The notes below the pieces were generated by a model. That model was not told where the DNA came from. It saw only the letters and a list, made by a program, of their open reading frames with translations, and ran no database searches. A stretch of 64,000 nt of DNA from Eledone cirrhosa (lineage: Eukaryota): positions 41,230,001 to 41,294,000 of the forward strand of contig OZ024752.1 in the NCBI GenBank assembly GCA_964016885.1, read 5' to 3'. The position numbers were made by a program, and so were the translations under genes. Below are positions 27,750-42,270 of this stretch, one piece after another; position 1 is the first letter of the stretch, and every line of letters begins with the position of its first letter.

Positions 27750-29234
27750 ACGTATATATATATATATATATATATATACTATATGACTGTACTATATAAT
27801 ATATAATATATATATATGTATGTATATATATATATGTATGTATATATATATATATATATATGTATGTACTATATACTATATAATATATGTATGTATATAT
27901 ATATATATGTATATATATATGTATGTATATATATATGTATATATATATATATATATATGTATGTATATATATATATATATATGTATAACTACTATGTATG
28001 TACTATACTATATGTATGCTATACTACTATACTATATCGTACTATATATACTATATACTATATCACATACTATATCTCTATGTACTGTATATACGTCTGT
28101 ATACTATATACTATATATGTGTGTGTATATATATGTGTGTATATATACACTATATATACACTACATATATACATATATACTCACATATAGTATATACTTA
28201 CTCAACTCACTCACTTCAGCGCCTTATATAACACCCCTAGCTTATATATACATATGCAATAAATATGTAATACGCCTCTAGGCATGTTCCCGCTCAATCA
28301 CATTGGTACTACATAGATATGTGTATATATGTACCATAGATATGTATACTATGTATATATATATACTAATACTACTATCTATCACTACTATATATACTAC
28401 TATCATACTATATACTACCTCTCTCTATACACTATAGATCATGTACTACTGTGTCACTATACTAGACTATCTACTATCTAGCACTATACTCTACACTAGA
28501 TCACTGTCATCATATATACTACATAGATATGTATATCTGCTATATCTAGCTATTATATATAGATATGTATTCATAGAAATCGTCATATATATCACTACTA
28601 GATATGTAGATATGTATATATCGACTATTATATATAGATATGTATACATATCTATGTATCATACTATATATACACTAGATATGAATATAAGTATCTATAG
28701 CTACTATCATAGCATATACTCACTACATCGATCATGTATCACATACTATATCTATGTATCTATCTGATATGTGCACTGAGGACAGTGGATTTCCTTACCG
28801 TCAGCCAACAATAGATGTACGTGCACTCGTACTTGACTACAATCTAATACACATATAAATACTATCATACTACTATACTACTACATCCTATATATCTACA
28901 CTACTATATACTACACATACTATCACTATACATATATATACATATATATATATACTACATATATATATCTACTATATATATACTCTATATATAAATCTAC
29001 ACATATATATATATATACACATACATATATATACACATATAAATATATATATATATAATACCATATAATATATATAATATATCTATATATACACATATAT
29101 ATAAATATATGCACATATACAATTTATTTGTCTACTACAATATATATGTATATATATATGTGTATATATATATACTATATATGTGTGTGTATATATACTA
29201 TATATGTGTGGATAGTATATATACTCTATATATG

Positions 29235-29267
<33 letters not shown>

Positions 29268-29316
29268 TTATGTATATATAGATACTGTGTGTATATATAT
29301 ATATACGTGTGTGTGT

Positions 29317-30670
29317 AAAATCAAAGTACCAGTCAATGTACTGGGCTAATGCTGGCCTTGTGCCTAACAGTAGAAACAATTATCTACACATTCATAACAC
29401 CGACTTCTATCTACTCACATAACCACTAACCTCTAAAGGACCCTCCTACGTAACCTCTCAACTGCTAAAAGTAGCAGTCATATTCAAATCTCAAACCATT
29501 CTGTCATACTTTCTTTTAAAGGTCATTGGTGGATTGGCAGTATCGGTAAAGTGGTCGGACGCCATGCTTTGACGCAAAGAGTCATTCTGAGTTCAAATCC
29601 CGCCAAGGTTAAACTTTGCCTTTCATCCTTACGGGGTCGATAAAAATAAAGTACCAGTAATGTACTGGTTAATTGCTGGCCTTGTGCCTAAAGTAGAAAC
29701 AATTATGTATGAAATAAAAAGAAACTCGTGATGATCATGGCTAGAATGTATTTGATTATTAGTCTTGTCGGATAAGGGTGGTGAATTGGCAGTATCGGTT
29801 GTAGCTCGGACGCCATGCTTTGCAGCATAGAGTTACAGCCCTTTACGGTCTGAGTTCAAATCCCGTCGAGATTAACTTTCCTTTTCATCCGTACGGAGTC
29901 GATAAAATAAAGTACCAGTCACGCACTGGGCTCGATTTAATCGATTGTCTCCTCCCCCAAAATTGCTGGCCTCGTGGCTATATAAGAAACCCTTATTCGT
30001 CTTCTCGGTGAATTGATCAGTTTCTGTAGACGGGTGGACGCCACGCTTTCTAGCATAGTTACGTCCCTTTACGGTCTGAGTTCAAATCCCGTCGAGATTA
30101 ACTTTGCTTTTCATCCTTACGGGGGTCGATAAAATAAAGTACCAGTAATGTACTGGGGGTAATTGCTGGCCTTGTGCCTAAAGTAGAAACAGTTATTGGT
30201 CTTCTCAGTCTGTGTTTCCTGGGACTAAACCACCATAAGGACAACCAGACATTTTACAATCTTCTGGCGCCTCATAGAAATTCGTAAGGTGGTTCGCATT
30301 GTGTATTCAATATATATGGCGGTGTTTCCCAGTAATCGGTAGAGCATCGAACAATATGCTTTGTGGCATATAATTACTGTCCTTTTTGTTCTGAGTTAAA
30401 ATCACACCCTGGAATCGGTAGAGCGTCGGACAATATGCTTTGTAGCATATAGTTACGGTCCTTTGTGTTCTGAGTTCAAATCCTGCATGGGTTAGCTTTG
30501 CCTATTATCCATACGGGGTCGATAAAATAAAGTACCAGTAACGAACTGGGGTCTGTTTAACCGACTTCCACTCCCCCAAAATTGTTGGACCCGTGCCTAA
30601 CTCAAAACCCATTGTCTATACAATGTATAGGGTGGGTGGTAGATCGACAGTATTGGTAGAATATCGGACA
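29317..30670 (+). mobile_element. Cluster of about 6 full or partial SINE family 1 copies
   Basis: Copies near 29317, 29528, 29776, 30006, 30330-30612 and 30634. Confidence 0.8.
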
Positions 30671-30870
30671 NNNNNNNNNNNNNNNNNNNNNNNNNNNNNN
30701 NNNNNNNNNNNNNNNNNNNNNNNNNNNNNNNNNNNNNNNNNNNNNNNNNNNNNNNNNNNNNNNNNNNNNNNNNNNNNNNNNNNNNNNNNNNNNNNNNNNN
30801 NNNNNNNNNNNNNNNNNNNNNNNNNNNNNNNNNNNNNNNNNNNNNNNNNNNNNNNNNNNNNNNNNNNNNN
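30671..30870. other. Assembly gap (200 N)
   Basis: Run of n. Confidence 1.
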
Positions 30871-31156
30871 ACAATGATTTCTGTGTAGAAGAGAGAACTG
30901 CAAATTGTATAAGATAAACATTACTTTCCGCTGGCTAACTAATACCCAATTGCTGTAAATCGGCAACAGATCTAACAAGAATGCCGAGAATTGTAACACG
31001 GCGTAGTGTTGTTCAATGTTGGAGATGATTTTATTTTATTTTATTTCAATAGTGTTTGTCTTGTTTGATTTTGTATGTTCATCAAAAGATAGAATAAAAT
31101 AGAATAGAAAATGGAATATATACGGTGATTAGCGAAAGCAAAGATGATACGGATGC

Positions 31157-31238
<82 letters not shown>

Positions 31239-31272
31239 TTATATATATATATAAATTTATTTATATATATAA

Positions 31273-31489
31273 AAATTTCGTTTCATTTTTTCCGTTTATA
31301 TATATATAAACGGAAAAAACGAAACGAAATTTCATTTCTCACTCTTAGTACGGCTGATACTTAAATATAAGTATGTATACGTACATACATATATGTATTC
31401 AGACGTACAGTAGTATGTATATATATATATATATACATACTACTGTACGTCTGAATACATATATGTATGTACGTTATACATACTTATAT
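31273..31489. repeat. Two adjacent fold-back palindromes hinged on (TA)n
   Basis: 31273-31332 (AAATTTCGTTTC..TCCGTTTA/TAAACGGA..GAAACGAAATTT) and 31365-31489 (..ATTCAGACGTACAGTAG/CTACTGTACGTCTGAAT..). Confidence 0.85.
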
Positions 31490-31536
31490 ATATATATATA
31501 TATATATACACAGTCATATATATATGTGTAAGTATA

Positions 31537-31620
<84 letters not shown>

Positions 31621-32071
31621 TATGTGTATGTATGTATGAATATATGTTTGTGTGTATGTCTCTGTGTGTGTGTATATGCAATGTCGATCAGAAGCTAAAC
31701 ATACAAATATAATAGTAAATACCCTCATTTAATGGAGTGAGATTCTATTATTCTATATACAACATTAGAATGATTCCTTGGCATTGTTTTATTAATTGAC
31801 CTAAACAATTTCACAGCTTTAATTACGATAAGAAAATGAGAAACAATTGCAAACTATTGGTAGATAATCTACAGTGGGTTTGTTGTCAACCTTGTTGGCG
31901 TAAAATCAACTAAATTTGCAGACGATATCATTGGGATCCAGTAATTCAGAAACTTAACTTCTTAGTTGTCTCATTAACCCTTTACTTTAGCATTTAAACC
32001 GACTGCATCTGGCCATAATTCTCTCACCTCTTTCTGTTCAAACCGTAACTTGCTTCTCTCTCTCTCTCTGC

Positions 32072-32171
<100 letters not shown>

Positions 32172-32298
32172 AGATAAATCTACCAAAATATACAGTACTG
32201 TCCAATCCGTATGAAGAACTCAATGTAATCCAAATATCATGAAAAGAGAAGATGCATTCAAAAATTTTCGATAAAAATCATAGGAAAACAGAGTCAAG

Positions 32299-32658
32299 GT
32301 AAATTAATAAAAAGAATGAAATAAAAACAAAGAACAAGTTCCTTATAGAAAAAAATTCATCATTTTACGATCGTTTCTAGGATGTATATGTGTGTTGGTA
32401 TGTATATCATATAGATCTATGTAAAAATATTACAAATTATCAGAGGAAATATACATAACTTCACATATATATGCTGTCTTCAGCATCTATATGTGAAGGT
32501 ATGTATATTTCCTCTGATAATTTGTAATATTTTTACATAGATCTATATGATATACATACCAACACACATATACATCCTAGAAACGATCGTAAAATGATGA
32601 TTGTTTTAATATAAGGAACTTGTTCTTTGTTTTTATTTCATTGTTTTTATTAATTTAC
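32299..32658. repeat. Fold-back inverted repeat, 178-bp arms, 4-nt loop
   Basis: 32299-32476 versus 32481-32658, hinge ATGCTG-TCTT-CAGCAT, about 7 mismatches. Confidence 0.92.
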
Positions 32659-32680
32659 ATATATATATATATATATATAT

Positions 32681-32872
32681 CAGAATGGAAGTGGTAAAAA
32701 CCAGTTAGACCATTACTCACCAGAGTACTCGATACTTGGGGTAGTAGAATGGGTAATATGAACAAATCCGGGACCGCAACGGCTGAGCTCCGGCCTTTTC
32801 AATAGCTAGATCCGATCTAGCTGGTGAAACGACCGGAGCTCAACTGCCAGGTTCCCGCATTTTTTCATGTCT
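32681..32872 (+). mobile_element. Diverged E1 subfamily copy with terminal hairpin
   Basis: GTGGTAAAAACCAG..GAGTACTCGATACTTGGGGTAG..GAGCTCCGG..TAGCTAGATC/GATCTAGCTG..CCGGAGCTC. A related minus-strand fragment lies at 21888-21995. Confidence 0.7.
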
Positions 32873-32918
32873 ATATATATATATTCCGTCCCTTCAATCT
32901 ATCTTATTTCTCATTCTT

Positions 32919-32954
32919 TCTTCTGATGAAGGACTAGCGTCCGAAACGTTAAGA
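32919..32954 (+). ncRNA. Minimal type I hammerhead ribozyme
   Basis: TCTT-CTGATGA-A-GGAC-TAGC-GTCC-GAAA-CG-TT^AAGA. Stem I 4 bp, stem II 4 bp, palindromic stem III (AACGTT). Confidence 0.75.
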
Positions 32955-33038
32955 CCCTCTTCCTGCTATTGCAAGCGTTAACCTAATATATTCCTTCAAT
33001 ATACTGTACCGATTGTGTTGTTATTTCTGTTTACCTTT

Positions 33039-33092
<54 letters not shown>

Positions 33093-33095
<3 letters not shown>

Positions 33096-33282
33096 CGAAG
33101 GAAATGTGGTAAGGAACCAGATGGACCTTAACGCTCCAAAGTACTCAATACTTAGGGTAGCAGAGTGGGTAATAGGAACAAGTAGGACACCGACGGCAGA
33201 GCTCAAGCCGTTTCGACGCTAATTCTGGACTAGAATTAGCCGTCGAAACGGCTTGAGCTCTGCCGTCGGGGTCATACTTGTT

Positions 33283-33287
<5 letters not shown>
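33093..33287 (+). mobile_element. E1 full copy with terminal hairpin
   Basis: Same ends as 25270-25460; inverted repeat at about 33170-33287. Confidence 0.8.
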
Positions 33288-33321
<34 letters not shown>

Positions 33322-33361
33322 GATATTAAGCAAATGGAAACTATATTTATAAAACCATATT

Positions 33362-33427
33362 TATTTCATTATACATATTTCGGGGATACCATATTAAAAA
33401 TATGGCATGCCTTCGTCAGATAAAATA
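33362..33427 (-). ncRNA. Type I hammerhead ribozyme (E2 copy 2; element about 33320-33490)
   Basis: Minus strand: TATTTTAT-CTGACGA-AGGCATGCCATATTTTTAATATGGTATCCCC-GAAA-TATGTA-TA^ATGAAATA. Confidence 0.72.
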
Positions 33428-33487
33428 CAATATATAAACAGTTTTATAAATAATTTTGACGTACCATAAATATGAGCGACCATTATG

Positions 33488-33584
33488 TAGGAAGCTGGTT
33501 GAGTAGGAAGCTGGTCGAGTAGGAAGCTGGTTGAGTAGGAAGCTGGTCGAGTAGGAAGCTGGTTGAGTAGGAAGCTGGTCGAGT
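33488..33584. repeat. 16-bp tandem repeat x6
   Basis: GTAGGAAGCTGGT(T/C)GA alternating T and C. Confidence 0.9.
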
Positions 33585-33644
33585 GCTTTATATCAGTTAT
33601 AGAATATTTACTTGTTGTAACCCAACAATTTTAAATAAAACTTT

Positions 33645-33687
<43 letters not shown>

Positions 33688-33688
33688 G

Positions 33689-33746
<58 letters not shown>

Positions 33747-33832
33747 TGACAATTTATAATATAATAAAACCAGAATATACATTATATTCATACATAAATT
33801 TCCTTTCGTTTTTTTTTTGTTTTTTTTTCCAG

Positions 33833-34113
33833 ATTCAGCAAGCTGAGCTGTGAATTACAACATATTGTTTCAACATATCAAAGGTACGGGGAATTCAAGG
33901 CTTGTTTCAGCGTTCATCAAACTTCATACATTACCATGTCAACAGATTAGAACAACAACCTTCCCCACTCCACCTAAATATCTTCGATACATTTACTCTT
34001 GGCGAAAGTTATCATTTCTCCGACAACCGATCATGTCGCATCCACACGTTCGCGCCTATGTGAAACGGGTAGCCTCCATTGATCAAGAAGCTTTTCCTGA
34101 CTGGAACCTTTCG
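33833..34113 (+). other. Putative 281-nt spliced exon
   Basis: Acceptor TTTTTTTTTGTTTTTTTTTCCAG| and donor TCG|GTGAGT. Non-repetitive, higher-complexity sequence. Confidence 0.6.
34033..34113 (+). CDS. Possible first coding segment MSHPHVRAYVKRVASIDQEAFPDWNLS (phase-0 donor), product unknown
   Basis: ATG in ATCATGT context, open to the GTGAGT donor, with an in-frame upstream stop at 33844. No family recognised. Confidence 0.35.
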
Positions 34114-34271
34114 GTGAGTTAATAAAACATTTTTTTTTTTTTTTGCTAAGATTAAAGTTCTTTTAAATTTTGTATTAATAACCTTTGTAGACAACATTAG
34201 ATAGGAAAGAACAAACTCTTCAGCAAATGGGATATCCCTAAGGTTAAACCATTATTATTGAGTTCAAATGA

Positions 34272-34685
34272 GGGCAGTGGATTGGCAGTATCGGTAGAGG
34301 GTCGGACGCCATTCTTTCCAGCTTAGTTACGTCCCTTTACGATCTGATTTCAAATCCCGCCAAGGTTGACTTTGCCTTTCATCCTTACGGGGTCGATAAA
34401 ATAAAGTACCAGTAATGCACTGGGTAATTGCTGGCCTTGTGCTAAAAGTAGAAACAATTATTATTATTATTATTTGTGGCAGATTGGCAGTATCGATAGA
34501 GAGTCGGACACCATGCTTTGCAGCATAGAGTTACGGCCCTTGTCATTCTTGAGTTCAAATCCCGCCGAGGTTAACTTTGCCTTTCATCCTTACGAGGTCG
34601 ATAAAATAAAGTAGCAGTCACGCACTAGGGTCGATTTAATCAACCAAAATTGCTGACCTTGTGTCTATATAAAAACAATTATTAT
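34272..34685 (+). mobile_element. Two tandem SINE family 1 copies
   Basis: A box, B box and central domain. Confidence 0.85.
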
Positions 34686-35346
34686 TGTCTTGTGGGACGT
34701 GGAGGGACAACTAGAGGCTCTGATGGTAAGCACTTTCCGAATGCGCTGCATTATGGGGCAAAATCTCGTCCCACAGGCCTTCCAACTTACGTGTTAGATA
34801 GATTTTGTGGTCGATTTTACTACTTTAGAAAAGACACTTAAGTCTAATCTAATTTCATGATACTACTGATGTTCTATATCTTTCTATGAAGAGAATTGGG
34901 ATAAATATTGAGGAATCTTAATGAGTCTGAGACAGAAATTTGACCATTTCTTACCGTAGTACAAGCAAAGCCATTCTTTCATGTTTATTCGTTTTCAATT
35001 TGACGAAGACAAATCGTTATGTACGCTTAAGGAGGTAATTATAATCAGAGAACTTCGTGTATTGCAATATTGATAACTATATATTAAATATCTACCGGCT
35101 TACATAAACACATTGGAATGCCATCATAGATCCTATATATCTTTATAATGATTAACAGAGGTGGTCTTTCGAAATTGAGTTGAGGTCAGTTATTGCAGAA
35201 AATCCATACGTAAAACGAATACGGCTGTGGGCAAAGTTCGAAAGCATATGAGTCGAATGTTTCGTACCACGATGGGGGAAAACTTCAGTTCCAGATGCTG
35301 CCATACCATACGATAATTACAGAATATTATTAGATACGATATCTGC

Positions 35347-35955
35347 AGAGAAGATTGTGTACACATGATGTATGTATGTGTTTTCTGTGTAGAGTAGTTC
35401 GTGTACACATGATGTATGTATGTGTCTTCTGTGTAGAGAAGATCGTGTGTACAAGATGTATGTATGTGTCTTCTGTGTAGAGAAGATTGTGTACACATGA
35501 TGTATGTATGTGTTTTCTGTGTAGAGTAGTTCGTGTACACATGATGCATGTATGTGTCTTCTGTGTAGAGAAGATTTGTGTACACATGATGTATGTATGT
35601 GTCTTCTGTGTAGAGAAGATTGTGTACACATGATGCATGTATGTGTCTTCTGTGTAGAGAAGATGTGTGTACACATGATGTATGTATGTGTCTTCTGTGT
35701 AGAGAAGTTCGTGTACACATGATGTATGTATGTGTTTTCTGTGTAGAGAAGATCGTGTACACATGATGCATGTATGTGTCTTCTGTGTAGAGAAGATTTG
35801 TGTACACATGATGTATGTATGTGTCTTCTGTGTAGAGAAGTTCGTGTACACATGATGTATGTATGTGTTTTCTGTGTAGAGAAGATCGTGTACACATGAT
35901 GCATGTATGTGTCTTCTGTGTAGAGATGATTTGTGTACACATGATGCATGTATGT
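35347..35955. repeat. About 44-bp minisatellite, about 14 copies
   Basis: GTGTACACATGATG(T/C)ATGTATGTGT(C/T)TTCTGTGTAGAGAAGATT; period 44 (35357 to 35401). Confidence 0.95.
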
Positions 35956-36750
35956 ATGCATGCATGTATGTATGTATGAAAGAAAGTATGTGTGTTTGTA
36001 ATTAATGTAGCATCGTTCTGTAAAGAGGAAACAGACAAAATAAGGTTTATATGTTTACATGTGAATAAATGTACAAGTACGTGTGGCAGTATATGTATAT
36101 GTGTGTGGTACTAGTGGTAGTAGTAACATCAGCAGTAGTAGTAGTAGTGGTGGTGGTGATGGTTGTAGTAGTAGTAGTAGTAGTGGTGGTGGTGGTGGTA
36201 GTTTATTCTCACTTTTGCTTTAAAATTAAAAAAATTAAGACTCAGTGTCTTAAGAGAGAGAGAGAGAGGATGAGAGAAAATGGGAGCGAATGAGAGAGAA
36301 AGAGAAAGTACTTTAGATAGACTAAAGTACCGACATCATCATCATCATCATCGCCGTCAACATAAAATGTCTCCAGTGACAGCATTGTTCTAAGATCTAA
36401 CTAACAACCATGCCAATCACAGCACTGTCTCCCTGACTTCACCACTGATGCCATAACTAACAACAGCAACGAAGATACACTAAAACGAAACTAACTATAC
36501 GCCATATTGGTTTACTATAAAAATAATAATAATAATAATAATAAGCCCGGCGAGTTTGGCGTGAGCTGTTAATTATAGTTATTAGGAACATTAGATGAAA
36601 CTAAAGAAATTTCCTGAAAATGCCGGAATCTTGTGACACGTGCTAATAACTGTCTTCGGAAACACTTTATGAAGAAATATAATCTTTGCTGGAGATAGCT
36701 GCCAGACAGATACCAATTTGAATGGAATTACCTCTCTCTGTCCATCAACC

Positions 36751-36826
<76 letters not shown>

Positions 36827-36895
36827 ACATCGTTTTTGGAGTTCCGGGCAACTACAATTATACGCAAACCAAACACACACACGCATATATATATG

Positions 36896-36928
<33 letters not shown>

Positions 36929-36929
36929 G

Positions 36930-36975
<46 letters not shown>

Positions 36976-37001
36976 CATATACATATATATATATTATATA
37001 C

Positions 37002-37050
<49 letters not shown>

Positions 37051-37085
37051 CATATATATATATACATATATATACATATATATAC

Positions 37086-37134
<49 letters not shown>

Positions 37135-37265
37135 CATATATATATATACATATATATATATATACATATATATATATACATATACATACATATACATATA
37201 AATATATATATACATATACATACATATACATATATATATACATATATATATATATACATATACAC

Positions 37266-37314
<49 letters not shown>

Positions 37315-37345
37315 CATATATATATATACATATATATATATACAA

Positions 37346-37378
<33 letters not shown>

Positions 37379-37398
37379 CAAATATATATATATATACA

Positions 37399-37498
<100 letters not shown>

Positions 37499-37623
37499 AA
37501 AAATCCACTAACATCTAACAGATTGTTGAAGGACAACTCAATCGACCATATTTCGTTTTTCTTCTGCCATTGACTTAAATCTGAGAATTGCAGAAAAATG
37601 TTGAACAGCATTCACAATATGGC

Positions 37624-38284
37624 GGCGGTGGATTAGCAGTATCGGTAGAGCGTTGGACACTATGCTTTGCAGCATAGTGTTATGGCCCTTTACGTTCTGA
37701 GTTCAAATCCCGGCGAGGTTAGCTTTGCCTTTCACCATTATGGGGTCGATAAACTAAAGTACCAGTAATGCACAGGGGTCGATTTAATTGACTTTCCCCT
37801 CCCCCCAAAGTTGCTGGCCTTGTGCTTATAGTAGAACTCATTATTATAAGTGGATCGGTAGAGCATCAGAAAGCATGCGTTGTAGCATAGACCTATGGCC
37901 CTTTACGTTCTGAGTTCAAATTCCACCGAGGTTAGCTTTGCCTTTCGTCGTTATGGGGGTCGATAAACTAAAGTACCAGTCATGCACTCGGGTCGATTTA
38001 ATTGACTTTCCCCTCCCCCCAAAATTGCTGGCCTTGTGCCTATAGTAGAACTCATTATTATAATTGGATTGGCAGAATCGGTAGAGCGTCAGAAACCATG
38101 CATTGTTGCATGGAGCTATGGCCCTTTGCGTTCTGAATTCAAATCCCACCGAGGTTAGCTTTGCGTTTCGTGCTTACGGGGGTCGATAAAATAAAGTACC
38201 AGTAACACACTAGGGTCGATTTAATCGACTTTCCCCTCCCCTTCAAATTGCCGGCCTTGTGCCTAAAGCAGAAACCATTATTAA
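37624..38284 (+). mobile_element. Three tandem SINE family 1 copies (long-form with GATTTAAT.GACTTTCCCCTCCC)
   Basis: Shared variants suggest local tandem duplication. Confidence 0.85.
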
Positions 38285-38497
38285 ACTTTCGTTCCTGAAT
38301 TTGTTTAGCAAGATTCTTTATCTGAAAACGTGTGTTGAAACCGATATTGTTATACTTTGGGAGGGTCATGTTGCCAATAAGAAACACACGTACCAGTTGC
38401 TTTCACTCCAATTTATTATAATAAATTTATAAATTTAGGAATTTATAAATTTCCGGTTGGTTGGTTGGTTCCACAACCAGATAGTTGTTTATATATT

Positions 38498-38540
38498 GTC
38501 AAAGTTCTTTCGTCATACATTCTGTGACCTCTTCAGTGAC
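38498..38540 (-). ncRNA. Minimal type I hammerhead-like motif
   Basis: Minus strand: GTCA-CTGAAGA-G-GTCA-CAGAATGTA-TGAC-GAAA-GAAC-TT^TGAC. Stems I and II are perfect 4 bp; stem III is imperfect. Confidence 0.6.
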
Positions 38541-38603
38541 TGGGGGTTCTTTTCTTTGTTTTTGTGCCTCTCCTTTGTTCTGTCCGAGGACATTATTAAA
38601 CTA

Positions 38604-38788
38604 TGGATTGGCAGTATCGGTAGAGAGTCGGACGCTATGCTTTCCAGCATAGTTACGTCCCTTTACGGTCTGAGTTCAAATCCCGCCGAGGTTCACTTTG
38701 CCTTTCATCCTTACGGGGTCGATAAAATAAAGTACCAGTAATGCACTGGGTAATTGATAGCCTTGTGCCAAAAGTAGAAACAATTATT
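38604..38788 (+). mobile_element. SINE family 1 copy
   Basis: Full A box, B box and central domain. Confidence 0.85.
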
Positions 38789-38999
38789 AAACTATTTTTC
38801 CTATTACTATCAAGATTTGATATTGAACAGTTTGGGTCATTTGATTAAGCAAAGGTTGAATGTTTTTAGGTACTGTTGAAGTGAACATTTTTCCCAGTTT
38901 ATATCACACTGAATGAGTTGAAATTATTAGGAAATAGATCATATTTTGTATTAATATGTTAACATGTCCATATTTATATATATATATATATATATATAT

Positions 39000-39094
39000 A
39001 GGAACAAGTTCCTATTACCCACTCTACTACCCTAAGTATTGAGTACTTTGGTGCGTTATGGTCCACCTGGTTCCTTACCACATTTCCTTCGTTA
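39000..39094 (-). mobile_element. E1 copy with collapsed hairpin
   Basis: AGGAACAAGTTCCT mini-hairpin followed by the reverse complement of the E1 body; TA-flanked. Confidence 0.7.
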
Positions 39095-39132
39095 TATATA
39101 TATATATATATATATATACAAATATATATATA

Positions 39133-39182
<50 letters not shown>

Positions 39183-39310
39183 AAAATAATCATATATATC
39201 CCATGTTTATATATATATATGTATATATATAACTAATCATACATATATAGAAAACTAATCATAAATATGCCATATATATGTATATATATATATGTATAAT
39301 CATAAATATC

Positions 39311-39370
<60 letters not shown>

Positions 39371-39384
39371 TCATAAATATCCCA

Positions 39385-39433
<49 letters not shown>

Positions 39434-39447
39434 TCATAAATATCCCA

Positions 39448-39492
<45 letters not shown>

Positions 39493-39506
39493 TCATAAAT
39501 ATCCCA

Positions 39507-39583
<77 letters not shown>

Positions 39584-39597
39584 TCATAAATATCCCA

Positions 39598-39662
<65 letters not shown>

Positions 39663-40107
39663 CTCAAATATACTGATGAAATATGCAATATTTTATATAG
39701 ATACTTTTTTACACCATTATCCTTCGAGTAATTTATTGCTTTCTTATCAAGAAAGTTTCAAATGCGTTTTTTTTTTTTACGGTATATTTATTCCTAACTC
39801 CATAAATTGCCTCTTTACAAATTTAGACAGATTTATTTGCTTCATTTTCTCGAAGACTTATTTCATTCTAGATTGTGATACTTTCACACTAATCATATAT
39901 ATAACATTGATGACTCTCAGTATTTTAAATTTTTAGGGATTTTATTAAAATTCTTGAGATAGGGTACTTCACTGTAGCGGCACAGAACACCCTGGCGTAA
40001 TATGAAGATCACAAGTGAAGGTACTTCTCTTCTTAGAATTGTGATTGCAAAAGTTGATAAATATATAATTAAGTTAAAGTCTAGTCTAAGCCGAAGCTTC
40101 ATCCGGC

Positions 40108-40340
40108 CGGTGTTTATCCTTGGTTTCCTTGGCGTTAAATGACTGAGAGTACAATACTCTCCCTGGATATGACGTCAGTCTATCGCAGGTTTAAGTCCCC
40201 AGCTACTGCTGGTACTCACTCTCAGCTGAGTATACTGGATCAAACTGAAATAAAGTGTTTGGCTCAAGAATACAAGGCAGGAGTCTGACGAGGGATCGAA
40301 CCAACGACATTACGATCCTATGTCAAGCATCTTGACCATA
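40108..40340 (-). mobile_element. Diverged tRNA-derived SINE family 2
   Basis: Minus strand has B box GGTTCGATCCC, then TTCTTGAGCCAAACACTTTATTTCA. Confidence 0.6.
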
Positions 40341-40883
40341 AAGGTAGATATATCTCATGATGACTGATTCCTATAAAATCCGGCTCCCTTCTACATTTAC
40401 AATCTGGGATAGAGTGAGCAGGGATTTATATAATAGTCTCTGGATTCATATCTTATAATCTTTATGAAAAGAAAATTGATCAAGGGTGGGGTTAATTCAT
40501 TTTTGACGCATTGATTTTTCGATATGATTGGGTCATATAAAGTTACATATTTCTTCCCTTCTGATACATCCTGAAAAATGAGTCAACGAAAGGAGTCTCT
40601 ACCAACTAAAGATAGTAACACAGCTTACCTGAAAACTTATCCTAAAAAGTGAAAGACATATTTGATATAATGTATGTGGAAATAAAGCATAAGGTGATGG
40701 CTAAGATGTTACCTATAGAGTTGTTCCATCAGAACTGACCTGGGGCTAAATAATGTTCTAGAGGGCGGAATGCTTCTTTTTTATTCATCAATTGTTTCTA
40801 GTATCTCTCTCTCTCTCTCACACACACACACACCCTCCTTCCTCTCTCTCTCTATCTCTCTCTCTCTCACACACACACCCTCC

Positions 40884-40921
<38 letters not shown>

Positions 40922-41079
40922 ACTCTCTCTCTCCATCCTAGTCTCCGGTTCTTTCTTGCTCTCTCATTCTCCTTTTCTTGATCTCACTTTCTTTCTTTTT
41001 GTCTCTCTTAAATAGACACTCATATGTACGCACACACACACACACACACACACACGCATACATACACACACATATATAT

Positions 41080-41138
<59 letters not shown>

Positions 41139-41159
41139 TATATATATATATATACACAC

Positions 41160-41238
<79 letters not shown>

Positions 41239-41733
41239 TATACATATATATATATATATATTGACGTACGTACGAACACAAAACATTGCACAACCATTAG
41301 TATATAGTATTATATTTATAGAAGCAGGTAAAAAGAATGACGATTGATATATATTTTCCTTTGTCTCTCTTGGGTACTTTAGATCCAACAATGAGTCCTT
41401 TCTATATCACACAATGGTATCAGAACGCTACATTATCGTCTGCTATGGCCGCCATTGTTACAACGCTGTTTAACATCTTCACTCAACATCTCAAATTCTT
41501 TTGTATGAATTGCAGTAAAATGAACCATTGCTAACCTTTACATATTCTTTATAGGCGATGATATTAAGAGAGATTTCAAGCATTGATAGTAATCGTGAAA
41601 ATAATACTGTCCATAGAGAATAGAGTAATACTAAATAGAAGCAATATCCATATGCATGAATGTATGTATACATATATATATATATATATACACACTCGCA
41701 CACATATACATACATATATATATATGTGTGTGT

Positions 41734-41791
<58 letters not shown>

Positions 41792-41930
41792 ATATATGTT
41801 TATCTATATACACGTGTGTGTAGTGTGTGTGTGTGTATTTATGTATATATATATATGTATAAATATATTTATGTGTATATATATGCATGTATATGTAGGT
41901 GTATATACATATATGTGTGTATAATATATG

Positions 41931-41982
<52 letters not shown>

Positions 41983-42101
41983 GGAATATAAAGTTAAATC
42001 TAAACTATAAACTAAATATTTTATCACATGCATGTGTGTATATATGACTTGATATGTAAATATATATTTATATATTTACATATATATATTTATATATTTA
42101 C

Positions 42102-42132
<31 letters not shown>

Positions 42133-42164
42133 TACATATATATATATATTTATATATATATAGT

Positions 42165-42203
<39 letters not shown>

Positions 42204-42218
42204 ATACACACATATATA

Positions 42219-42270
<52 letters not shown>

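Noticed and set aside
27780-29420. Odd TACTA/CTAC-rich scrambled sequence
   Set aside because: It looks like low-coverage long-read consensus of TA repeats near a contig end; nearby SINE copies also show excess single-base indels.
41383-41534. Candidate + strand exon after TTTAG
   Set aside because: Acceptor is moderate, phase 0 gives an immediate stop (IQQ*), and there is no clear donor.
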